Origin: Paraphysomonas bandaiensis
Taxonomy: Eukaryota; Protista; Chrysophyceae
Assembly: GCA_965644295.1 (NCBI GenBank)
Contig: CBFFRP010000523.1
Coordinates: forward strand, 1-16,959
Direction of reading: 5' to 3'
DNA: 16,959 nt
Positions 1-8,927 of the stretch are shown here, in pieces. Position numbers and translations under genes: made by a program. Position 1 is the stretch's first letter, and each line of letters opens with the position of its first letter. Under the pieces are notes generated by a model. That model made no database searches and was not told the origin of the DNA. It saw nothing but the letters and a program-made list of their open reading frames with translations.

Positions 1-639
1 CACTCATCTATTATTTTAATATTGAACAATTCTGATAATTACCTGCAACGAAGAGCGCTAATCATGTTCGTACTGTCTCTGTCAAGCTATTCACCAAATA
101 GTAAACTCCTAACTATTAATATTATGCTGTCCTCCTCTCATACAACTAAAGACTACCCGAATATATTTTCTTATGATCTGTAAGAGCATGCGAGTGTAAA
201 ATGATCTTCATATCCGCCCATTTTGATCACAACACCGAAACTATTATTCAAATGTCATCTCTTTCATATTTATCGCATAAAAGGCGCTGTAACTACTTCT
301 CGAAGCAAGTCAACAACAAATTTTCTCTTTCTTGACAGCTCAGCTTATGGTTCCTACATTGCATATCGTGTATATACATGTCGAGTGAGACTGCTGAGAT
401 ATGTATGAATCTTTTCGTTAGCTGGCATTTGCCAACTACAGTAGTAGTGTTATACTGTGATATACAACTGTAGAGCGAGGCATTTAGACTACTTGCTTCA
501 TAGTTATCAGAGCCACAGCTGGCATATAAAATTATCATGATACCTCAGGCTGTGTCATAATGTTTTCAACAAAGCAAATCGTTGAATCTTTTTACACACA
601 ACTTCCCACCTCTCACTATAATTGCTGATATCTTTCAAA

Positions 640-1091
640 GCCCTACCTTTGATAAGCCTATGGTGGTTACGAGGAATCTCTGACTCGTCAAGAGAGAGAA
701 GCGGTTGATTTCGAACGGATGCAGAAGAAGCCGAACCACTGGATAGGGATGTCGAAGAAGCAGCGCTGCTGCCGTGCTTGAAAGCCGCAAAGCCAGCAAG
801 AAATTAGAATTAGGGCAAGAAATTACTACCACAGCTTGACACCTCTGTATCGATCGACCAGACATATATATATTTAGTACAACTAACGTTGTGGAGCGTT
901 TGTGCAGCAGAGTCAAAATATCATGACACACTTGCGACATTGTGACCCCACGACGCCTCGAACTGCTGACCTTCCTTTGCTTCAACAAACACTTGTGGAC
1001 CACAAAGACAGTGAAGTAAGTCATCGATGACGGACCGTCGTCTGATCATGACGAGAATGAGGACTATAGTGACGAAGAGTTGTTGGAATGA
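640..1091 (+). pseudogene. hAT-superfamily transposase C-terminal fragment (dimerisation domain), frameshifted
   Basis: Joining plus-strand frames gives GGYEESLTRQEREAV...LYRSTRHI...STTNVVERLCSRVK/IMTHLRHC/TPRRLELLTFLCFNKHLWTTKTVK*VIDD plus an acidic tail. This resembles the hAT dimerisation motif (T-S/N-x-x-ERxFS...R..L/M-x-P..LE.L.FL..N). It has frameshifts near 918 and 942 and a stop at 1017-1019. Confidence 0.8.
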
Positions 1092-1135
1092 TTAGAGTAC
1101 TAGTTGTTGCATTTTTGTTAGGTTTTCATCATCAT

Positions 1136-1148
1136 GTTGTAACCTCTA
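1136..1148 (+). mobile_element. Probable right terminus of the hAT relic
   Basis: GTTGTAACCTCTA (reverse complement TAGAGGTTACAAC) lies 45 bp after the transposase stop, and hAT ends commonly start with TAG or CAG. It is followed by CTATAACT (1149-1156), and CTATAATT lies at 616-623, a possible decayed 8-bp TSD. No left TIR is visible. Confidence 0.4.
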
Positions 1149-1271
1149 CTATAACTAGTTACCACCGATCGAGCAATGTTGTGAATCATCAGGCGGGGTG
1201 ATACCTCCTCTCATTACCCTTGATGGGTGACAGAGGATCATATTATTAGGGTTAGACGTTTTTATATCAAA

Positions 1272-1428
1272 GTCTTATTATTAGCAATAGGCGTTAAGAA
1301 TCAGCAACAGTTTAGTAACTAGATGAAAACTAGTTCTACCTGTAACTAGTACAAATTCTCATATACTACTAGATAACGTTACGAAAGCTGCTTGTACGTC
1401 GCCACAACACCAAGGTGAAACCACTTTC
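1272..1428. repeat. Decayed dispersed repeat, copy 1 (inverted relative to 7853-7999)
   Basis: 1272-1304 matches the reverse complement of 7966-7999 with 3 differences. TACGAAAGCTGCTTG (1380-1394) is the exact reverse complement of 7888-7902. Similarity continues to AACCACTTT (1419-1427 / 7854-7862). Confidence 0.8.
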
Positions 1429-2161
1429 GTTTGTATGTGAGTGAGAAGCTCTCTTGGACGTGAGTCCTTGAACTTCAGATGGCGTTAGTGAGGGAGGCGT
1501 TCCTTTGAATAGGGCACTGCAGGGGTTTGGGGAGGCACAGAATTCTGAATTAGTGAGTCGAGTGTTCCTAGCATGAGATACATGTGGGCGAGGGAGTGGA
1601 TTAGGGCTCTGGCGTCTCTGGAGATTTAGACTTTGACGTATCATGTGTAGTAGATATACATATGCTATATGCTACTTTCGATTGCCATAGAGAAAACTAA
1701 AAGTTGCGTAATAAAGCATTAAATTGGGTGTTATATGTCATGTTAGATTAGAATGAGCAGCGATAAACATGAAAAACATATATATGCATTTCGCTTTTAC
1801 GGAATCTTGACTACCATTTATACAACATTCTCCTAAAACCTAATTACACACGGAGTTCTGAAGTGTATAACTTGTGCGAACTCAGAATCACATCTCAAAG
1901 AGTAGATAGAATTCTGATTATGAAACGATTAGCCCATATTCTCATTTTTAAAATGTATTTTTATACAAACAGTGGCTACACCAATGTTTACAAATATGTA
2001 CTTTCCAAAACAATGATATGATGCTATTAGGGAGAAGTAAATACCCACTGCAACATAAAAGTTCAACTTTATCTGCTGGCAGAGCACTATTAACATAAGC
2101 CACCATGCTTCTACGTGTGCTAATAAACACTATCAGTTTCAGAGACACAATTCCACACAAA

Positions 2162-3652
2162 CTAATCTGAAGTCCTAGTCATCATACTAAGGGCATTCAT
2201 CACGTTCCCTGACTGTGCCCAGTACCCGGACGGAGCTTCTGCACCACTATGATGCATATCCTTATCTCTATGAAGCGTGTTAATTGTATCTGGAGAAATA
2301 TTTAAATCACTGCAGCGGTCGCCAACATTGTCGTTAGTTGAGCCACGATACTACATACAGAGCAGCAGTGAGCATAAGCACTACAGACATGATAACACTC
2401 AATGGATCACATCCACAAAATAGCATCGAAATAATTATCCTACGTATAACACCCCACACAGAATATAATACAGCCATTTCCACTCAAAATATGCGACAGC
2501 GTAAACCCACTTCAAACACCACACTGTCGACAGCTGTGGACCCTGTAATATTCTCCTCAGGATCTTCACTTCGCTTATACACCAACGCAGATGATGGTGA
2601 CTTTGTAGCCATTAGCCAAACGAATATCCCACAAGAGGCTCCGCGGGGAATAAAATCACTCCACATGAACCACAGAACTCCATAGACAGTAAACACATTC
2701 TGATGGAAATATAAGCTCACAACATTTAAAAGGTCAAGGGTACAACAAGTCATAGCAGTAGCACAACTTCATTGAAAGCAGTGTGAAAATATAAAACATC
2801 AAAGCACAAGGGCAAAAACCATTACAGATTCTACAAATAAATTCAGTGCAACATCCGTACAATGGAAAATGTCTGTTTCCTGCTCTCGTATTCAGATAGC
2901 TTGATGAAAAGTAACGTCAATCGCAGCATACAACAGAGGAAGTTAACAAGCAACACAATGGCCACCTACAAGCAAGATCAATAATAAATAAACGCAAAAA
3001 AATGATTAACTTTAGATTGTAGAGCTCTGAAAGCGACGTGGTGTTTAGTGTGGCGTTGCCTATGTTTGGCATAGTTGCCGAATCTGTAACAACGAAACAG
3101 AATGAAGGAATAGACCAAACTCTGAATTGAGAACCTGTATATTAACTTCATGCCCACTATTGCAAGAGCTGTGCTGTAGAATATGTTCACAAAGAGCTCA
3201 ATACATATATATACAAGGTAGACGATACTGCTGAAAAACCCTTCCAGTGAATCTGCCACAATGCAAAATCCAAAGGCTATTAAGCACAACACACCTAAAA
3301 ATATATTGGCCACTACAACTCCACGGGTACTATATAGTGCTTGTGAGTATGGCCCTAGTTCCAGCATGGAGGTCCACACGACGCATACAATCGTTAGACA
3401 AAGAAAGAAAAAATAACCAGCTAATATATGGCAGGCATAGGCCCAAGTAGTCACATATTCTTCCATGATCATCATCATTATATACCGCGGTAGTTCAAGG
3501 AGACATAAGAGAGCTAACGCAACGAAAAATTTTCCAACCAACGTGGACAGAGACCGCCATATATACATGAACGCAAATAAAGATATCGAGGAGTATAAAA
3601 TCAGGCCAATGAAGCCAACAGCGTAGACTTCGCCGGGAGATGGATTCCCCAT
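2162..3652 (-). CDS. Multi-pass (about 7 TM) membrane protein, THH1/TOM1/TOM3- or GPR137-like, ~357 aa, 5 exons
   Basis: Predicted exons are 3652-3135, 3083-3011, 2965-2861, 2699-2511 and 2350-2162, joined by GT-AG introns of 51, 45, 161 and 160 bp. They give one open frame, MGNPSPGEVYAVGF...SMMTRTSD*, with serial hydrophobic helices and a hydrophilic C-tail. The family call is from overall pattern only, and the two long introns are less certain. Confidence 0.7.
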
Positions 3653-3789
3653 CGTATCCGTTTTCTTCAGATATCGTTCCTTTAAAATAATCACTATGTA
3701 GGGATCTGACGGGGAGTGGATTTCATTCTGTTTCCTGCTATGCTCGTGTGTGTACTCCAGGCAGTATTGATACTGCCATACCGGATACA

Positions 3790-3884
3790 CCACAGGGTTC
3801 GTAAAATCCGTTTACAACATAGACGATGATATCACAAAAAAACGGTTTTTTTGGATTTTACGAACCCACAAACCCACGGATTTT
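3790..3884. mobile_element. Orphan end of the same transposon family as 4182-7486
   Basis: 3790-3811 (CCACAGGGTTCGTAAAATCCGT) is identical to 4182-4203. Inverted motif copies lie at 3853-3869 and 3871-3884. No partner end carrying its TACA flank was found. Confidence 0.8.
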
Positions 3885-3976
3885 GCAAAATTCCAGCAAC
3901 TGAAAATGTTCCTAAATCTATAATACCCTAAGGAACGACGAACCACATACAGCAGTATGTCGCATAAAATATTTTT

Positions 3977-3983
3977 AAAAAAA
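3977..3983 (-). terminator. RNA polymerase III oligo-T terminator of the tRNA gene
   Basis: A run of 7 T on the minus strand begins 3 nt after the tRNA discriminator base. Confidence 0.75.
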
Positions 3984-3986
3984 TCG

Positions 3987-4072
3987 TGCATCGAGTGGGG
4001 TTCGAACCCACGCGGACTGATGTGTCCAGCAGATCTTAAGTCTGCCCCCTTAGACCACTCGGGCATCGATGC
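3987..4072 (-). tRNA. tRNA-Leu, anticodon UAA, 86 nt, no intron
   Basis: The minus strand folds as a cloverleaf: acceptor GCATCGA/TCGATGC+A, D-arm with AGTGGTCTAA, anticodon stem GCAGA/TCTGC with loop CT-TAA-GA, long variable arm GGAC/GTCC, and T-arm GTGGG-TTCGAAC-CCCAC. No CCA is encoded. Confidence 0.97.
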
Positions 4073-4181
4073 ACAGAACGATTATTACTCACCAGAAAAA
4101 TTAGATTTTATATATGAGAAATTTTTAGTGAATAATACTGTATCTATATGCAAGGATTCGCCCTCTAAAGGCTTCCCGACT

Positions 4182-4222
4182 CCACAGGGTTCGTAAAATC
4201 CGTGCGCAGAACAACCCGTATG
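4182..4222 (+). repeat. Left terminal inverted repeat (41 bp)
   Basis: CCACAGGGTTCGTAAAATCCGTGCGCAGAACAACCCGTATG matches the right end except for one mismatch at position 4 and the extra 17-mer present on the right. Confidence 0.93.
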
Positions 4223-5222
4223 GGAGAGCTGGTCTAATTCCAAGACAGTGATATTGGAGTGGATTCCATGATTATGACTGACACAGAGAGAGGAGGAAGG
4301 TCAATCGAGCGCTTGTGCCGCTTAGATGTTCTTCTTGAGCCATCAAGGCTCTCCTTATAGCTTCATTACTCTTCCTTTCTCACTCTAATACTTTATTAAT
4401 TACTTTATATATTATTAATATTCTCATACTTTATATATTCTGTGTGTGACTGTCATATAACACCAGAGGACACTCTTAGGGTAGTGTTATTGGATTATAT
4501 TAGGATATATTTAATTTAGTGAGGCCGTACAGTGCACATGAAGATATTTATACTGCTGAGCTGATCATAAGAGAGTCACTATGTTATGTGCTTTGTATTC
4601 GATATGTAATAGTCTACATTCATATATCAGTATGATTAGTACTCTGGAATGTGCTATCTAGAGTAGAAATCTCCTGAGGATGGATATCGGGGCCTGGTTG
4701 CCAGTAATGGTAATGCGAGGACGACATATTTCATATATGGCCATAATTGCAGGGATTTAGGCACCCATTAATGAGCCATTAGCTGCTACCAGAGTCTATC
4801 TATTAATGGTTATTATATCAGTCTAATAGTAGATTGGTATCAGTTCTCCATGTGTTGCTACACCTGTCAAAGATAGTGGTATATATACGTAGTAATATAA
4901 TTGTTAATAATATTAAAGAGTGTTGTACAGACATAATATTGTAACTATTTTGTTGTGTTTATGAGCACACTGACGATAGTGAGCTTATGAAATGCATTTC
5001 GAACACGACCACGATTCATACTAGCAGTCGAGCAATACGTAGACTACTAGGTCTTGTGCAAACATATAAATCAAACCGCGCAAACATATAATATAAATCT
5101 TAGCATACACTACATACTACATCATCAGTCTACACGTCGTACAGATGTAAAGAGTCGCCCAATTAGGAACATACTTGAATACCCCTGACCTGTTCAGAGC
5201 CGTATCGTTTCTCCTACCTTTA

Positions 5223-7307
5223 TCAGACCTCAGGCACAACTTCCGTATCATCATCAACTTCATCTGCAAAATGAAGTGGATGACTTAGCTGTGCCTGAAA
5301 GTTGGCCAAGTGCTGCTCATTCTTCTTGCGCTTGTACTCTGCTCGCTCCTTGGGAGTGAGCTCTTGCAGCATAGCGCGTTCTTGAGCCGCCTCAGCTTGA
5401 GCTTGTCGCCGGTCGTTGCTATCCCTTTGCTTCTTCATTAATTTTAGCTCTGACGCTTCCCTTTTGTTCTTTGAGATTAGCGCTCTCGCCTCCATTCTTT
5501 CTTGGATGCGTCTGTCTTTCTCCACAGCAGCTTTTGCTTTATCAATGTCCCGTTTCATTCGTTCCTCTCGAGCTGCTATCCGCTTCTCTCGACGTAGTCG
5601 AGGGTCATCCTGTAACCGTTGGTGTCGTTCAAGATTTTCCTCGATTAGCCGATCGCCACTTAGCACTAATGCTCGCCGACGATACACCACAAGATCTTCT
5701 GATAGTGCCGCACCCAAACGATTTACATTAACTATTCCGGCTTCATCCATCTCCTTCTCCGATATCTGGTGATTTTTTTGCATAATATCTACGAAATGCT
5801 CAAGTCGGGAAAGCATAAGTCTTTTTTGTGCTGGAGATATGAAACTTCGACATGCACTCAATATAAGCATAAAGTTTAAGTTGCCCCCTTGTTGTCCAAA
5901 TTTAAGATACCCTTCCCGCACAATTTTTCGATTGATTACAACACAGGCAGCATAGCTCAGCTGTAACAAAGATATCATAATCAGCTGTTTTACTTCCGAA
6001 GTGAATGATAACCCTGCTGTCGACACCACCTGCTCTCGTTGTTCGAAAATATTCTTCAAATGATGCTCCAACAAAGGATTGGAACAATCGTAGTACTCAC
6101 TATACTTGGACACTTTCTTCTCCGCTTTAAACTCGTCTGATATATCTGATGCCTGCGTAACTGCTGAACAGGAGCGAGGAGTTTTACCCAATACTGTATT
6201 TGCTTCCCAAAACAATTGAGCAATATGTGGTTGCATCAGAACTGCAACCTGACTAGGATCACCATCACATGATACAAAAGCAGGTCGTGAACGTCCATCA
6301 GACCACTGCACAAAAAATCACTTAATATATATATACAGTAAAAGTAGGGAACTACATACCATTCCTCTGTCACCCACTTCGTTTCTTACATCATTCATGA
6401 ACGCCAATACAACATGTTCTGCATACCATGAGTAAAATGCGCTGTTACATGCCCTTGTTTTACAAAATACCAAGTAGCCATAATTACCAACATGATCGCT
6501 ATTCCCCAATCCAGGAACCTTGTGGCACTCGAATGATGATTCGTCCATAGTATCATCCGCTATCACGTTGATCGGGGCTGCCACTTGACCTGCCGAATTA
6601 TGAAGAAAAATCTTTTTAATGTATATGCTTAATGATCCACCAATTCTAGAGAGAGGAGTATTTTGCTCAATGGAGACTCTAACATGCACCTCTAACTTGT
6701 TATGGTCGTCAGATCTACAGGAAAAGGTAGTGGCATCCCAGTTTGCCACCAACTCTGGTATGTTATCTCTGCAGTAAGCATGCAACAAGACTGCCCAAGT
6801 AAAAAAAATCCTGGGGTCTCTCTCTTCCCTGTCCCTCGCAACGGTTGTAATTTGACTTGACTTTGGCTTACTATTGCACAGCTTATGATACTTAAAGAAA
6901 GCAGTTTTAGAATAGCCAGAAGTGATCGATTCCTCTGGTAATATTTGCTCTTTGCGGGCCTTCGTCTCCTGGCAACATGATTTGAAAATGGCTTTTAATT
7001 CAGGGAGTGTCTTGGTCCCATCATGAGCTTCGTCAAACCTGCAAAACCCTTCATCATCTAAAGATTCCGGTCTGCCTCTTGCCGTCTTGAAGAATTCACT
7101 CCTCAGTTGTTTCGTTTTCCATGTCTGAACAGTACTTTCATTCAGCCCGGCATGATCATTGCATAATTCAGATGCAGAAACACCTCCTCTGATCATATAA
7201 GCAGCAACACTTTTCTTTTCCTCAGCAGAAAAGTTGTGCCCACTGTAGTCTCTCTTCTTTCGCAGTGGGTTTACCGATGTTACATCTACCTCACTACTGC
7301 TGTCCAT
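5223..7307 (-). CDS. pogo/CENP-B-like DDD transposase, ~676 aa, 2 exons
   Basis: Exons 7307-6360 and 6305-5223 are joined in frame by a 54-bp intron (GTATGT...TGCAG, 6359-6306). It has an N-terminal HTH-like segment (FSAEEKKSV...LNESTVQTWK), an RGRP linker, and catalytic-type motifs NWDAT, SCDG and TQASD (pogo N-x-DET, D, QP-x-D). The C-terminus is E/R/K-rich and likely coiled coil. Confidence 0.88.
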
Positions 7308-7428
7308 AGAGATGATAGCTATATATTTGAAAGGTAAAGAAGAGTTCAGGAATTAGTTGTGTTATGTAAGAGTATCTTTTCACTCTGTAAAGTGACATAT
7401 TTTCAATGTGTTTTGTTTGTTGTACCCA

Positions 7429-7486
7429 CATACGGGTTGTTCTGCGCACGGATTTTACGAACCCACGGATTTTACGAACCCTATGG
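7429..7486 (-). repeat. Right terminal inverted repeat (58 bp) with a tandem 17-bp duplication
   Basis: ACGGATTTTACGAACCC occurs twice in tandem (7448-7464 and 7465-7481), followed by TATGG. Confidence 0.93.
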
Positions 7487-7619
7487 GACTAGATCGAAAC
7501 CACATTTATTTATTTGTGAAACCAGATGGCCTGTTGCGACATTTGTAATAGCCGTTAAGCTTCGTTACACTGGATGCGAATATATACAATCGAGCAACAA
7601 TAGTTGTATTGCTTTTTGA

Positions 7620-7678
7620 TTAGGGTTAATGATAGCCGAATCAATCTGAGGATTTGAGAACTATTCGATTAGGGTTAG
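7620..7678 (+). repeat. Interstitial telomere-like seeds
   Basis: TTAGGGTTA lies at 7620-7628 and TTAGGGTTAG at 7669-7678. The latter is preceded by ACTATTCGA, as at the real telomere junction. Confidence 0.7.
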
Positions 7679-7852
7679 AGAATTGTGAATTGTTTTATAT
7701 CTCAACTAAGTTCAGTCATGTTTTGTCACCCGCCTGATGACTGCATGAATCTAAATAGTTGAGCTCTGTTGTACTCTATGTAACAATCGCGTTACATTGT
7801 TTATAGTAGCTGTCGAGGTCTAAATGCTACTGTATAAGTTACAAGTCAGAGC

Positions 7853-7999
7853 AAAAGTGGTTGTACCTTGATGCTAGCGGTGACGCTCAAGCAGCTTTCG
7901 TAGCGCAATACAGTAGGATATCAGAATCAAACACTAGTAAGTTAAATTGTTTTGCTACATTAGTTCTGATTCTTACACACCTATTGCTAATAATCAGAC
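7853..7999. repeat. Decayed dispersed repeat, copy 2
   Basis: Reverse-complement similarity to 1272-1428. Patchier colinear similarity appears to extend over roughly 7765-8220. Confidence 0.8.
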
Positions 8000-8927
8000 A
8001 TTCACTTCTAAGTTATAAGTAACTTATATATCAACATGATTCGTTTGTTGCGGTTGGTGGATACAATGAAATTTTATACAACGCTGGTGGTATCTTTCTT
8101 CTCAGCTACGTTATATAGCAGTATTTAAGTCAGTTCGACATATTAATATGTGTAGTGGCTTAGGCACTCTCGGTGTAGAGATGAACATGCCTGTAAAATG
8201 TTTAGTATTGTTTAGAATTTGAAATCATTGCGAGTTTTCTTAGTTAGTAGCTGGAATTACTTACGAGTGTTTACGGGTGTACTACTAACATGGCTGATAT
8301 CTGATATGTGTCTAGAGTGTGATACGTTCTCGTAGCACTTTGAATTTCATAATACGCAGTGCCGCAGAGCAAACTAGCAGTTGCGAATTTCATATTTCAT
8401 GAATTAAATGGTGCAAACGTAATGTAACGAAGACCTAAGTTAGGCAAGTTATTTACAAATAAATTAATTAAAACTTGACAATATGTTTGGTTCCCCCACA
8501 AAGTTAGAATTTATAGGTGTCACAAATAACACACGCAATGCAACACGGAGATAGAACGCAAAGAAACTATATACTGCGTTAACTTCATGAATAGTATTGC
8601 AAAACCAATGCATATCGACAAATACTCGACCAGAATTTTGCGTATTTTAAAAGAGAGACTGCGCAGCCGATATTAAATATAAATATCCAGAGAGATAAAA
8701 AACCAAGGTCAACACTCGCCACTTCAAGAGTTTAAATGATGGTTGCAGTCGACGTATAAATCTCAAATAGTTTACAGTAATCCCTCACGAGGTACGATAT
8801 CAGACAGAACAACCACGCTAACCCGTTTCTTTCGAAGTCATAAGTAGTATAAAATATAATCCCTTAATCTGCGACGTAACTCCTCGGGAAAAAGTGTGAC
8901 CCAACAATACACATAAATGTATATTGA

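Larger units (their letters stand above)
4182..7486 (-). mobile_element. pogo-like (IS630-Tc1-mariner) DNA transposon, 3305 bp
   Basis: It has inverted ends at 4182-4222 and 7429-7486, GACT directly repeated on both flanks (4178-4181 and 7487-7490), and an internal transposase gene. Confidence 0.92.

Noticed and set aside
223-538. Short ORFs 223-408 and 293-538
   Set aside because: They have no recognisable domain and lie in decayed repeat DNA. A faint LRR-like look was too weak to call.
635-1024. 129-aa minus-strand ORF
   Set aside because: It is antisense to the hAT relic, which explains the region better.
1438-1660. Possible solo LTR (TG...CA flanked by TATG)
   Set aside because: The terminal repeat is only 2 bp, and similarity to the surrounding repeat family appears to resume near 1624, inside the proposed LTR.
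3653-3793. 47-aa N-terminal extension of ORF 2978-3793
   Set aside because: It starts at a GTG inside the orphan transposon end. The ATG at 3652 is the more plausible eukaryotic start.
3812-4196. ORFs 3812-4066 and 3957-4196
   Set aside because: They are translations across the tRNA gene and transposon ends.
4282-4850. LTR-retroelement hints: purine tract at ~4284-4299 and TGGTATCAG at 4836-4844
   Set aside because: There are no paired LTRs and no gag/pol remnant, and the PBS-like 9-mer does not follow a CA end.
5416-6087. Overlapping short ORFs within the transposase
   Set aside because: They are antisense or alternate-frame shadows of the transposase coding sequence.
1224-6376. 14-bp inverted match TGGGTGACAGAGGA (1224-1237 and 6363-6376)
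   Set aside because: One copy is inside transposase coding sequence, the match does not extend, and it is at chance level for 17 kb.
7600-7760. Telomerase RNA gene on the minus strand around CTAACCCTAA (7678-7669)
   Set aside because: It is template-like, but I could not identify a promoter, pseudoknot or conserved stem. The same 19-mer sits at the telomere junction, so it is kept only as a hypothesis in the findings.
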